Below are positions 45,261 through 55,452 of a stretch of DNA of 64,000 bases, in pieces (position 1 is the stretch's first letter; each line of letters starts with the position of its first letter). The DNA is from Solirubrobacterales bacterium (lineage in GTDB: Bacteria; Bacillota; Clostridia; Clostridiales; Clostridiaceae), in the NCBI GenBank assembly GCA_050261915.1, contig JBLNDT010000006.1, forward strand, positions 37,180-101,179, read 5' to 3'. The translations under genes were made by a program, and so were the position numbers. Below the pieces are notes generated by a model. That model was given only the letters and a program-made list of their open reading frames with translations, was not told the DNA's origin and did no database searches.

Positions 45261-45371
45261 TATTGAATGAATTGTGAAAATATATTTCAAAAATAAATCT
45301 TATAAATTTAACATATTTCCATTATATAAGATATATAAATTATTAGAAGGTATAATGGGAGGTAAAATAAA

Positions 45372-46928
45372 ATGGACATGGAACTTGTTAAAGAGAATAT
45401 AGAATGTGAGCAGCTGTTAAGTGAAAAATATTCAGATACTGTAGTAAGGGCAGAGTTTCTAATTCCGGATACCCATCCGGATGTGGCAAAAATTTTAACA
45501 ATAGACACAAAGGCACATATTTTAAATAGTGAGGTTATAAAGGATAAGGTTTATGTGGAAGGTCAGGCTGAATATAATATTCTTTACCTTGGTATGGAGG
45601 ATGGAGCCTTAGGGGTAAATAGTGTAAAATATATAAATAAATTTTCAAATTACATTGAAATAAAGGAAGCTGAGTATAAAATAATTTGCGAGGCAGGATG
45701 CTTTGTTGAGCATATGGAGTGTTCAATAGTAAATGAAAGAAAGGTATCAATTGAAGGAATAATAAAGCTTAAAGCAGAGCTTTATAAAAATTATAAATTT
45801 GATGTTGTTAAGGATATTCAGGGGTCTAGGGATATCCAAATGCTTAAAAATCATTCCTCAGTAGATAAAATATTTGGCAATTATTTAAATGATATAGTTG
45901 CAAAATCAAATATTAAGGTTTCCATTGATAAACCTCAGATTGGTGAGGTTTTGAAATGCGATACAATTATCAGGAACAGCAGTGTAAGGCTGTCTGGAGG
46001 CAAGATTAACGTTGATGGGGAAGCGGTAATATGGGTACTATACCGTGGAAAAGATATTAAAGATATATCATATTTAGAGGATGTTGTATCCTTTTCAAGG
46101 GAGTACGATATAGAAGGGGTTAACCCATCCATGGAAACATATTCTGATGTACTAGCAGAAGCAGTTGAATTTAGAATAAATGAAGACGATCTTGGTGAAA
46201 ACAGGTTATTGGATGTGGAGACTCTTATAAAAGCAAATGTTAAGGTAATGTATAAGGAAGACATAGATATGCTTGAAGATGCATATTCACCGGAAAACTT
46301 AATGAAAATGGATAAAACAGAATGTGAATTGAATGTTATGCATGCTCAGGAAAGCTGCAGAACTGTAATTAAAGGTGATATTGAGCTGAGAAGTGAATAT
46401 CCAAAGGTATCAAAGATAATTATGTGTTCCGGGGATTTAATGATAACAGATAAGAAGCTTGTGGAAGACAAGGTTTTAGCGGAAGGGGTACTAAATGTAA
46501 ATCTCATCTGTAAGAACTTTGAGGAGGAAGTGTTTTCGATAAATGAAGAAATTCCATTCAACTCGGCAATTGATATTCCAGGATCTAAAATTGATATGCA
46601 GTGTATTGTAAGAGGAAAGCTTGAAAATATGGAAGCTTATGTGGAGGTTGACCATATTTCAGTTAAATCATCAGCTTTGCTTTATGCCAGGGTTGATTAT
46701 GTAACACGGAAGGAATTTGTTGTAGATGTTGCAGTGCTTGAAGCTGAAGTTCAAAGGAAAAAGTCAAGCATAATAATATATGTGGTTCAACAGGGAGATA
46801 CTCTTTGGAAGGTTGCAAAAAAATATGGCACCACAATAGAGGGTATTATGAATGTAAACAATATAGATAATGAAGATATGATAAGAACCGGGGATAAGCT
46901 GATTGTTCCGGGTAGGGCACTAATCTAA
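45372..46928 (+). CDS. sipL: DUF3794-repeat / C-terminal LysM sporulation protein, SipL (SpoVID-like) homologue
   Basis: 518 aa with a C-terminal LysM (YVVQQGDTLWKVAKKYGTTIEGIMNVNNI...GDKLIVPG). Position next to yabG-veg matches C. difficile sipL as I recall. Confidence 0.7.
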   Translation: MDMELVKENIECEQLLSEKYSDTVVRAEFLIPDTHPDVAKILTIDTKAHILNSEVIKDKVYVEGQAEYNILYLGMEDGALGVNSVKYINKFSNYIEIKEAEYKIICEAGCFVEHMECSIVNERKVSIEGIIKLKAELYKNYKFDVVKDIQGSRDIQMLKNHSSVDKIFGNYLNDIVAKSNIKVSIDKPQIGEVLKCDTIIRNSSVRLSGGKINVDGEAVIWVLYRGKDIKDISYLEDVVSFSREYDIEGVNPSMETYSDVLAEAVEFRINEDDLGENRLLDVETLIKANVKVMYKEDIDMLEDAYSPENLMKMDKTECELNVMHAQESCRTVIKGDIELRSEYPKVSKIIMCSGDLMITDKKLVEDKVLAEGVLNVNLICKNFEEEVFSINEEIPFNSAIDIPGSKIDMQCIVRGKLENMEAYVEVDHISVKSSALLYARVDYVTRKEFVVDVAVLEAEVQRKKSSIIIYVVQQGDTLWKVAKKYGTTIEGIMNVNNIDNEDMIRTGDKLIVPGRALI

Positions 46929-46931
46929 ATT

Positions 46932-46958
46932 AAAGGTTCCAGTAATGGAGCCTTTTTA
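46932..46958 (+). terminator. intrinsic terminator
   Basis: AAGGTTCC-AGTAAT-GGAGCCTT hairpin followed by T-run. Confidence 0.7.
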
Positions 46959-46979
46959 TTATGTATAATATTAAAAAAC

Positions 46980-47837
46980 ATGGTAAAAATAAAAAATATA
47001 TTTACGAAAGGATGGATTATTTTGAAAGAAAATTATCAGGGTAATCTTATTATAATTGGAGGTGCAGAGGATAAAAAAGGAGAGAAAAGTATCCTCAAGT
47101 ATCTGTGCAGTATAATAAATAAAGAAGAAGACTTAATTTTAATAGTAACTGCAGCTTCAGAACTTCCAGTTGAGTCAGGGATTGAATATAAAACAGTATT
47201 TATGGAATTAGGTGTTAAAAACATTGATACTATGAGTATAAACAGCAGAAAGGAAGCCCAGGATGAGAAAAACGTTAAACTGTTAGATAGTGCAAATCTT
47301 GTGTTTTTCACAGGTGGAGATCAATTAAGGATAACAAGCCTCCTAGGAGGAACAAAACTGTACAAGAAAATTATAGAAAAATTTAATGAAGGTTGTATTT
47401 TTGCAGGAACCTCTGCAGGTGCTTCTGTTATGTGTGACACTATGATTATATCCGGGCCGGATGATGAATCTCCAAGGAAATGCACATTGAAAATGGCACC
47501 AGGACTAGGGGTTATTAAAGGAGCAATAATAGATCAGCACTTTGCCCAACGTGGACGTACAGGAAGACTGCTGGTTGCTGTGGCTGAAAACCCTGAAAGT
47601 CTTGGGATAGGCATAGATGAAGATACAGCAATAGTTGCCAACTCCAAGGGTGAAATAAAGGTTATTGGCTCTGGAGCAGTATATATATTTGATGGAAGCG
47701 GAATTTCCTACAGCAATATATCAGAACAGCATTTAAATGAAATATTTTCGATATATGATTTAAAGCTTCATATATTGATTGCGGGAGATGGATTCAATAT
47801 GATTTCAAGATGCCCCGTATCCAGAGCATACATATAG
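46980..47837 (+). CDS. cphB: cyanophycinase (peptidase S51)
   Basis: IIGGAEDK, FFTGGDQ and GTSAGAS (catalytic Ser) motifs. The real start may be the TTG at 47022. Confidence 0.85.
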   Translation: MVKIKNIFTKGWIILKENYQGNLIIIGGAEDKKGEKSILKYLCSIINKEEDLILIVTAASELPVESGIEYKTVFMELGVKNIDTMSINSRKEAQDEKNVKLLDSANLVFFTGGDQLRITSLLGGTKLYKKIIEKFNEGCIFAGTSAGASVMCDTMIISGPDDESPRKCTLKMAPGLGVIKGAIIDQHFAQRGRTGRLLVAVAENPESLGIGIDEDTAIVANSKGEIKVIGSGAVYIFDGSGISYSNISEQHLNEIFSIYDLKLHILIAGDGFNMISRCPVSRAYI

Positions 47838-47852
47838 CACAGGAGGCCTATT

Positions 47853-50477
47853 ATGAAAATTGATGAACTAAGAATATTTGAAGGAAGAAACATATATTCC
47901 CACAGAAAATGTATAAGGATTGATTTAGATCTGGAGGGATATAGTGAAATTAAAAGCAGGGACATAGAAAATTTTAATGATATGTTGATAAGACTAATAC
48001 CTGAATTAAAATACCATAAATGCTGCTTGAATTATGAAGGGGGATTTATGGAGAGGCTTCGAGAGGGGACCTATTTGGCCCATATCTGCGAACATATGGT
48101 TATAGCCCTGGAAAACATGGTTGGAATCGACGTTTCATATGGAAAAGCAAGGCTTATATCCGGAGAAAAATATTATATTGTTTTTGAATATTTATATAAA
48201 AATACAGGATTACAGTGTGGGAAAACAGCTGTTGAAATTATAAATTGTTTAATAAGGGGCATGGATTATGATATTGACCACGGATTAAATATTATAAAAG
48301 AAACTCTGAAAAACGAGACCCCTGGAGCCAGCACTGCTGCAATAATTAATGAGGCAAAGAGACGAAATATTCCATGCACCAAACTTGGAGAGGGGAGCAT
48401 GTATCAGCTTGGGTATGGTAAAACAGGCAAAATGATAGAAGCCACGATTACCAGCAGAACTGCTGCAATTTCTGTGGATATAGCCTGTGATAAGCATGCT
48501 ACAAGGGAAATATTAATGAAACATTTTATTCCAGTGCCAAATGGCGGGCTTGTAAAAGACTTAAATGATCTTTTGTACAAGGCGGAAAGGATTAAATACC
48601 CTATAGTCTTGAAACCAAGATATGGGAATCAAGGCAAAAATGTATATGTGAACATAGGTACTATGGAAGATGCTGTTGAAGTATATAAAAAGTTAAGTCT
48701 GGTAACAAATGACATAATAATCGAGAAACATATCCAGGGTAATGACTACAGGGTATGCATAGTTAATGGAAAGCTGGCAGCTGCATCACAAAGAATACCC
48801 GCATTTATAGTTGGAGACGGAAAAAATAATATTAGAGAATTAATACAAATAGTTAATAGTTCGGAAAAAAGAGGAGAAGGTCATGAAAAACCCTTAACAA
48901 AAATAAAAATTGATGAAAGGCTTATGCAGTACTTATCAAAAAACGGGTATTTCCTTGAATACATACCTTCCCCAGGTGAAAATATTAAACTGATTGAAAA
49001 TGCAAACTTATCCACTGGAGGAATAGCCATTGACTGTACTGAAAAGATAGCAAAGGAAAATATTGATGTATGTTTAAGGTGTGCAGAGGCAATTGGATTA
49101 GATGTATGCGGAATAGACATTTGCTGTAGGGACATAGGAAAACCATTTAATAAAGAGGGTGCTGTTATTGAGGTAAATGCTGCCCCAGGAATACGAATGC
49201 ATCATTATCCTGATTTGGGTAAGGAAAGAAACGTTGCATCTCAAATATTAGATATGGTATTTATGGATATTAAAGAGAATATCCCTGTAGTATCGGTTAC
49301 AGGCACAAATGGAAAAACTACAACTACAAGGCTTATAAGTCATATTTTAAAGCTTAGAGGGCATTCAGTGGGAATGACTACAACTGGAGGTATATATATT
49401 CAAGGAAAGTGTATCGAAAAAGGTGATACTACAGGGTATGATAGTGCCGCTGCAGTACTTTTAAATAAAAAAATAGATGCTGCAGTGCTTGAATGTGCAA
49501 GAGGAGGAATAATACGAGGAGGTTTAGCCTATGATCTTGCAGATGTAGGGGTAATAACAAACATTACGGAGGATCACTTCGGAATTGATGGGGTTGAAAA
49601 TATTGAAGATCTGGCAAAAATCAAGTCATTAGTAGCAGAGTCTGTTAAAGAAGAAGGTTATGCGGTATTAAATGGTGATGACCCTGTAAGTGTAACAATT
49701 ATAGATAGAATAAATAGTAATTTGGTCATATTTTCAAAAGATAAATTCAATAAATATATGAGAAATAACATTTTTAAAGGCGGGATTGGGGTTTATTGTG
49801 ATAAAGGAATAATTTACATTGAACAAAATGATCGATGCGTTCCTCTGATGAGAGTTGATTCAATAGGAATTTCATTAAGAGGAAAGCTAACTTATAACGT
49901 GGAAAATGCCATGGCAGCCTGTGGAGCCTGCGTTGCTCTTGATGTGGATATTAAAACCATAAAAAAAGGGTTAACAAGTTTTTTTGGAGATGAAGAGCAA
50001 AACCCAGGAAGATTCAACATATACAATGTAAATGGTGCTACCATAATACTTGATTATGGTCACAATATTGAAGGATACAAAGCTGTTATAAAAGGTGCAA
50101 AACAATTAAAACATAAAAGGTTTATAGGTGTAATAGGGGTTCCAGGAGACCGAAGCGACAAAAGTATCCAGGAAATAGGCAGGGTATCAGGAGAAAGCTT
50201 TGATTATATTTATATTAAAGAAGATTCAGACAGGCGAGGAAGAAAAAAGGGAGAGGTTGCTGACACATTAAAACTAGGGATACTATCTACTGGTTGTAAA
50301 GATGAAAAGATGGAGATTGTCCTAGATGAAAAAGCTGCTTTTAAGAAAGCAGTAGAAAATTCTAAACAAGGAGATCTAATAGTAATTTTTTTTGAAAAGA
50401 GGGAGCACCTTTTAAAAATAATAAACGAAAAAATACAAAAATCTCAAAATCCTGACCAATCTTCAAAAGTAGTATAG
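47853..50477 (+). CDS. cphA: cyanophycin synthetase
   Basis: 874 aa. N-terminal CphA-specific domain, ATP-grasp, MurE-like ligase domain (VTGTNGKTTT). Confidence 0.92.
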   Translation: MKIDELRIFEGRNIYSHRKCIRIDLDLEGYSEIKSRDIENFNDMLIRLIPELKYHKCCLNYEGGFMERLREGTYLAHICEHMVIALENMVGIDVSYGKARLISGEKYYIVFEYLYKNTGLQCGKTAVEIINCLIRGMDYDIDHGLNIIKETLKNETPGASTAAIINEAKRRNIPCTKLGEGSMYQLGYGKTGKMIEATITSRTAAISVDIACDKHATREILMKHFIPVPNGGLVKDLNDLLYKAERIKYPIVLKPRYGNQGKNVYVNIGTMEDAVEVYKKLSLVTNDIIIEKHIQGNDYRVCIVNGKLAAASQRIPAFIVGDGKNNIRELIQIVNSSEKRGEGHEKPLTKIKIDERLMQYLSKNGYFLEYIPSPGENIKLIENANLSTGGIAIDCTEKIAKENIDVCLRCAEAIGLDVCGIDICCRDIGKPFNKEGAVIEVNAAPGIRMHHYPDLGKERNVASQILDMVFMDIKENIPVVSVTGTNGKTTTTRLISHILKLRGHSVGMTTTGGIYIQGKCIEKGDTTGYDSAAAVLLNKKIDAAVLECARGGIIRGGLAYDLADVGVITNITEDHFGIDGVENIEDLAKIKSLVAESVKEEGYAVLNGDDPVSVTIIDRINSNLVIFSKDKFNKYMRNNIFKGGIGVYCDKGIIYIEQNDRCVPLMRVDSIGISLRGKLTYNVENAMAACGACVALDVDIKTIKKGLTSFFGDEEQNPGRFNIYNVNGATIILDYGHNIEGYKAVIKGAKQLKHKRFIGVIGVPGDRSDKSIQEIGRVSGESFDYIYIKEDSDRRGRKKGEVADTLKLGILSTGCKDEKMEIVLDEKAAFKKAVENSKQGDLIVIFFEKREHLLKIINEKIQKSQNPDQSSKVV

Positions 50478-50537
50478 GTATAGATTTAATTAAAAACTTA
50501 TATTATACTTATAAAAAAGATACTTGGGGGATTTAGG

Positions 50538-51380
50538 ATGATAATAAAGGCTTATGCAAAAGTAAATTTGTCTTTAGATGTGGTGGGCAAAAGGGAAGAT
50601 GGGTATCACCTTTTAAAAATGCTCATGCAAAGTATAGATTTATATGATGTTGTAAATGTTGAAGGATGTGCTGAAGGTATACACCTAAAATGTGATAAGG
50701 AGTATGTACCGGTAGATGGAAGAAATATAGCTTATAAGGCTGCAGAGCTTTTTATTAAAACATACAATATTAATTCCGGGGTTAATATAAACATAAGAAA
50801 AAATATTCCTGTTTCTGCAGGGCTTGCAGGAGGAAGTACAGATGCAGCTGCGGTTTTAAAGGCTATGAGAGATCTGTATAAACCTGAATTGGAGGAGGAA
50901 GCTCTCATGGAACTTGGAGTTAAAATTGGTGCAGATATACCTTATTGTATAGTTGGTGGAACAGCCTTATGTGAAGGAATTGGAGAACAGATTACAAAAC
51001 TTAAGCCATTTAAAGATAAAATACTTGTTTTGGTGAAGCCATCCTTTGGAGTATCTACAAAAGAGGTATATCAAAAGCTTGATATAAAAAAAATTAACCT
51101 ACATCCAAATACTGATGAAATAATTAATGCCATAAACCGAAATGATCTGATGGGTGTTTCGAAAAACATGAAAAATGTTTTGGAAAATGTTACAGTGAAT
51201 AAGCACCCTGTAATAAGGCATTTAAAGAGTAAGATGATTGACATGGGATCAATTGGAGTACTTATGAGCGGCAGCGGTCCAACAGTGTTTGGTTTTTTTG
51301 AAGATATACTTAGTGCTCAGCTTTGTTATGACCATATGAAAGCAAAATATAAAGATACGTTTATTTCTAGAACTGTTTAG
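50538..51380 (+). CDS. ispE: 4-diphosphocytidyl-2-C-methyl-D-erythritol kinase
   Basis: AKVNLSLDV and IPVSAGLAGGSTDAAA GHMP-kinase motifs. Confidence 0.92.
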   Translation: MIIKAYAKVNLSLDVVGKREDGYHLLKMLMQSIDLYDVVNVEGCAEGIHLKCDKEYVPVDGRNIAYKAAELFIKTYNINSGVNINIRKNIPVSAGLAGGSTDAAAVLKAMRDLYKPELEEEALMELGVKIGADIPYCIVGGTALCEGIGEQITKLKPFKDKILVLVKPSFGVSTKEVYQKLDIKKINLHPNTDEIINAINRNDLMGVSKNMKNVLENVTVNKHPVIRHLKSKMIDMGSIGVLMSGSGPTVFGFFEDILSAQLCYDHMKAKYKDTFISRTV

Positions 51381-51409
51381 ACGGGTAAATACCCGTCTTT
51401 TATTTTTTT
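51379..51409 (+). terminator. intrinsic terminator after ispE
   Basis: GACGGGT-AAAT-ACCCGTC hairpin followed by a T-rich run. Confidence 0.8.
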
Positions 51410-51466
51410 GAATAATAATTACGATAATGTAGAAAATAGTTATAAGAATATTTTAGGGGGCTCATC

Positions 51467-51661
51467 ATGAGAATAGTAGGTTTATTTGATTACTATTTTT
51501 TAATTTTAGTATTTATACAATTTTTAATCAGCAATTTTGTTGATGTTAAGGCTTTAATCCAAAAAGGTAACGAAAAGGAGGCCTTGGTTTTAAAATGGAT
51601 AACCAGGGGTATCTTAGTAATAACCATAGGTATGACAATAATATCCTATGTATACCAATGA
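51467..51661 (+). CDS. small two-TM membrane protein (64 aa)
   Basis: GGGGG RBS and two hydrophobic helices. Immediately upstream of the ger operon. Confidence 0.4.
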   Translation: MRIVGLFDYYFLILVFIQFLISNFVDVKALIQKGNEKEALVLKWITRGILVITIGMTIISYVYQ

Positions 51662-51686
51662 AATTCATAAGTTGGGATGTGATTAA

Positions 51687-53144
51687 TTGCATGAGGTAAT
51701 AAATGATGAAATATTTATTGAACAAAATAAGAATATTGAATATTTAAAAAGTGTTTTAATAGATAATTCAGATGTAGTTTATAGAAACTTTTATATAGGA
51801 AAAAACAGTTGTGCAATTGTATATATTGATGGAATGAGCGACAAGTTGCTGCTGGATGCCTATGTGCTTAAGCCAGTTATGCTTAGAGGGGAAAATTTAG
51901 ATGTTAATAAAATAAAAGATGAACTATTAACAGTGAGTGATGTTAAAAGCACTAAAAGTATGAAGGATAGCATTAAGGCAATTCTTTCAGGCGATACAGT
52001 TATGTTTTTAGATGGGCTTTTGGAAGCCTTTGTCATAGGCACAAGGCTTTGGCCTGCAAGGAGCGTATCTGAGCCTTCTGGTGAGACTGTGTTAAGGGGT
52101 GGGAGAGATGGTTTTACTGAAACAATAAGATTTAATACTGCCTTGGTGCGAAGAAGGATAAGGGATACCAGGCTTAGGGTTGTGTCAAAGTCAATAGGAA
52201 CCAGATCAAAAACTGATGTGGCGTTTATGTACATTGAGGACATAGTAAATAAGGATGTACTTGAAGAAGTTAATAAACGGGTGGAAAAGATAAATATTGA
52301 TGCAATTTTGGATAGTGGATATGTGGAACAGTTCATTGAGGATAACAAAAACTCTCCATTTCCACAAACCCAAAATACTGAAAGACCAGATGTAACGGCA
52401 GCGGCGCTTTATGAAGGGAGAATAGCAATACTTGTTGACAATTCACCCTTTGCAGTAATTGTACCTGCAACACTTCCAAATTTATTTCAGTCTCCTGACG
52501 ATTACTATCAAAGATGGTTGTTTAGCTCGGCTGTAAGAATTCTAAGGTTTTTTTCAATTTTTTTGAGTTTAATTCTTCCGTCCCTATATGTAGCAGCCAC
52601 CTCCTTTAATCCCTCAATTATCCCAACAAGACTTGCGTATTTCATAGCGGCATCCAGGGAGGGAGTGCCTTTTCCAGCATTTATTGAAGCATTAATTATG
52701 GAGATAAGCTTGGCTTTCTTAATGGAATCTGTGGTTAGGCTTCCTAAACCTATAAGTGCAACCATTGGGATAGTAGGAGGTCTTATAATTGGGCAGGCGG
52801 CTGTAAGTGCAGGGGTTGTTAGCCCTATAATGATTATAATTGTTTCCGTTACTGCAATAACAAGCTTTACTGCTCCAAATTATGAAGTTAATTCAGCTTT
52901 TAGAATTGTAAGGCTTATCTTGATAATACTTTCATCAATACTGGGTCTTTATGGAATTATGATAGGACTAATTGTACTCTTAATTCACCTTTCAAGGCTT
53001 AAAAGCTTTGGAATACCTTATCTTTCACCAATTGTAAATCCAAATGGACATGATTATAAAGATTTATTTATTAGGGCTCCATTAAGTAGTTTAAAAAAGA
53101 GGCCGGAGTATATGAAAACGGTCGATAAAGTCAGACAGAGGTGA
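51687..53144 (+). CDS. spore germination protein, GerA-family A subunit
   Basis: Typical GerAA/GerKA pattern (SEPSGETVLRGGRDGFTE, TALVRRRIRD, C-terminal TM bundle). Confidence 0.88.
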   Translation: MHEVINDEIFIEQNKNIEYLKSVLIDNSDVVYRNFYIGKNSCAIVYIDGMSDKLLLDAYVLKPVMLRGENLDVNKIKDELLTVSDVKSTKSMKDSIKAILSGDTVMFLDGLLEAFVIGTRLWPARSVSEPSGETVLRGGRDGFTETIRFNTALVRRRIRDTRLRVVSKSIGTRSKTDVAFMYIEDIVNKDVLEEVNKRVEKINIDAILDSGYVEQFIEDNKNSPFPQTQNTERPDVTAAALYEGRIAILVDNSPFAVIVPATLPNLFQSPDDYYQRWLFSSAVRILRFFSIFLSLILPSLYVAATSFNPSIIPTRLAYFIAASREGVPFPAFIEALIMEISLAFLMESVVRLPKPISATIGIVGGLIIGQAAVSAGVVSPIMIIIVSVTAITSFTAPNYEVNSAFRIVRLILIILSSILGLYGIMIGLIVLLIHLSRLKSFGIPYLSPIVNPNGHDYKDLFIRAPLSSLKKRPEYMKTVDKVRQR

Positions 53145-53150
53145 TTTTAG

Positions 53151-55394
53151 TTGGAAAAAAAGATTTCCATAAATGAATTCGGTATATTTGCCAGTATAAT
53201 AACTGCTACAGTTGGAATTGGAACATTTTCATACCCCGGGGAGCTTTCTTCTCTTGCAGGCACTGATGGGTGGATGGTTATTTTAGCTGGAGGAATATTA
53301 AGTTGTCTTATAATGCTTTTGCTTGTAACTTTAGTTAAAAAAAACAATTGGGACAGTTTTACTTCAATATTAATAAAAAGTTTTGGCAAATTATTCGGCT
53401 TAATTTTTGCTCTTGCTTTTGTTTTGTATTTGATATGTTCAATGTGTTTAGGGCTTAGGGTGTTTATTGAGGTAATGAAAATGTATCTTCTTGAAAAAAC
53501 TCCTACGGAATTTCTTATAGTAATAACAATACTTACTGGTGTTTATATAATTCGAGGTGGAATTGAAGGGATTATAAGGTTTAATGAAATAGGATTTTGG
53601 TTAATGTTTGCCCCTGTAATATTTATACTGCTTTTACTATTAAGCAATGCGGACTTCACTAATATTCTTCCAATAATGTCTGAAAAACCAATAAACTATT
53701 TGAAAAGTATGCCTGTAAATATTTATATATTTAAGGGGTTTGAAATAGTTCTTCTTTTACTACCTTTTTTAAATAATAAGGAAAAAGTAAAAAAGATAAG
53801 CATTTTGAGCATTGTTTTTATAACATTATTTTATATGATTATATTCATATTTTCATTAGCTGTTTTCACGAAATATATGGATTCAAAGTTGTTTTGGCCT
53901 GGAATAACAATGATAAAAGCAATAAATATTCCTAGTACATTTATAGAAAGCTGGGATGGTGTGGTAATGGCCTTATGGATACTTTTTTATTTCACCACAT
54001 TTATAAACAGCTTTTATTTTTCCTGTGATATTTTAAAGGAGATACTCAGTTTCACTAGTATTAAACAATCATCAGTACTTGTAGTTCCATTTATTTATCT
54101 AGGAACCCTGTATCCTGAAAACCTCCTTGAACTAAATAACCTAAGAGGAACTCCCTTTGAAATTTTAACAATAGTAATGGTTGTGGTTATTCCATTCATG
54201 GCACTATTAACCAGCCTAAAGAGAAAAAAAACTTTGGCTGCAACTATGTTGATTTGCATTTTATTCACAGGATGCTTTGACAGGGTGGAAATTGATAAGC
54301 GCAGCTTTATATCAACTATTGGTATCGATGCTGGAGAAGACATAGGCAACCTGGATGAGCTTAAGAAAATTGAGCAGAACAAATCAAGTAAAGAAGTTGA
54401 TTTAAAGAGAATAAGTGTTACCTATGGGGCACCTGACATAAGCAAACTAGGACCTCAGAAAAGCGCAGCATCAAAAGATATATACGTTACTACAGATGCG
54501 GTTACAATGGAAGATGCTTTAGACAAGGCAGCTTCAAAAATAAGCAGAAATATAAATTACGGACATATAAAATTATTGGTTTTAAGCAGTGAATTACTTG
54601 AACACCCAGATGTTATGAGGGAAATAATTGATTATCTTCAAAGACAGCCTTCCCTTAATAAAATGATGTATGTACTTATAGCCCAGGGCAAGGCAGAGGA
54701 ATATGTGAAGTTTAAGCCGGAAATGGAACAAAATATAGAAACTTATATTTCCGGACTTATTCAAAATGCAGATAGAAACAGCACCATACTACCTGTAACC
54801 TTAAATGAAATGCTTATAAAGTTAAATGAAAATGAAAATGCAATAATGCCATCTCTTAAATATGATGAGGATAAGAAAGAACTAATGCTTTCAGGAGCCG
54901 GCGTTATAAAGAACTATAAACTAATGGGATATTTATCACAAAACCAAACAACAATCATTGAAATGCTCCATGGAAAACTTAAGGGTGGTAAAGAGTCAAT
55001 TTATATTGAAGGTCATCCAATTGATATATCCATTGAAGATGCAAAAAGAAAAATTACAGTTAATAATGAAAACAATAAGCTTAATTTTAATATTGATGTT
55101 TATCTTGAAGGTCAGGTAAAGGGATACTATGTTGGAGGGAAGCCAATTACAAAGGACTATATTAATTCAATTGAGGATAATTTAAGCAAGGGAATAAAGG
55201 ATGAATGTGAAGAGGTAATAAAGATAACCCAAAGTAAATTTATGGTGGATCCAATTGGGTTTAGGGAAGCATTGGAAAAGTACCACCCAAGTATATGGAA
55301 GGAGAAAAAAGATAACTGGGATAAAGCGTATGAAGAATCAACAATAAATGTTAACGTGCATACAAAAATAAGGAGAATAGGGGTATCAAAATAA
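53151..55394 (+). CDS. in-frame fusion of germinant-receptor B subunit (spore permease) and C subunit (lipoprotein)
   Basis: Residues 1 to about 360 form a 10-TM spore-permease-like domain. This is followed without a stop by KRKKTLAATMLICILFTGC (signal peptide plus lipobox, Cys375 at 54273-54275) and a GerC-like soluble domain. Confidence 0.8.
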   Translation: MEKKISINEFGIFASIITATVGIGTFSYPGELSSLAGTDGWMVILAGGILSCLIMLLLVTLVKKNNWDSFTSILIKSFGKLFGLIFALAFVLYLICSMCLGLRVFIEVMKMYLLEKTPTEFLIVITILTGVYIIRGGIEGIIRFNEIGFWLMFAPVIFILLLLLSNADFTNILPIMSEKPINYLKSMPVNIYIFKGFEIVLLLLPFLNNKEKVKKISILSIVFITLFYMIIFIFSLAVFTKYMDSKLFWPGITMIKAINIPSTFIESWDGVVMALWILFYFTTFINSFYFSCDILKEILSFTSIKQSSVLVVPFIYLGTLYPENLLELNNLRGTPFEILTIVMVVVIPFMALLTSLKRKKTLAATMLICILFTGCFDRVEIDKRSFISTIGIDAGEDIGNLDELKKIEQNKSSKEVDLKRISVTYGAPDISKLGPQKSAASKDIYVTTDAVTMEDALDKAASKISRNINYGHIKLLVLSSELLEHPDVMREIIDYLQRQPSLNKMMYVLIAQGKAEEYVKFKPEMEQNIETYISGLIQNADRNSTILPVTLNEMLIKLNENENAIMPSLKYDEDKKELMLSGAGVIKNYKLMGYLSQNQTTIIEMLHGKLKGGKESIYIEGHPIDISIEDAKRKITVNNENNKLNFNIDVYLEGQVKGYYVGGKPITKDYINSIEDNLSKGIKDECEEVIKITQSKFMVDPIGFREALEKYHPSIWKEKKDNWDKAYEESTINVNVHTKIRRIGVSK

Positions 55395-55452
55395 AGGTAT
55401 ATTATTTTAATTACTGTCAATAATCTAAATAATATATTATGGGGGGGTAAAT

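Noticed and set aside
45213-45266. 17-codon + strand micro-ORF (MVNNQFHITLFSEKSQY) with a GAGAGG RBS between veg and sipL
   Set aside because: No + strand promoter is visible after the veg terminator. The GAGAGG is more simply the complement of the CCUCUC motif of the predicted minus-strand sRNA. It is kept only as an alternative explanation.
45308-45508. Minus-strand 66-aa ORF overlapping the sipL start
   Set aside because: It is an antisense shadow of sipL with no RBS, and it lies upstream of the minus-strand promoter I propose.
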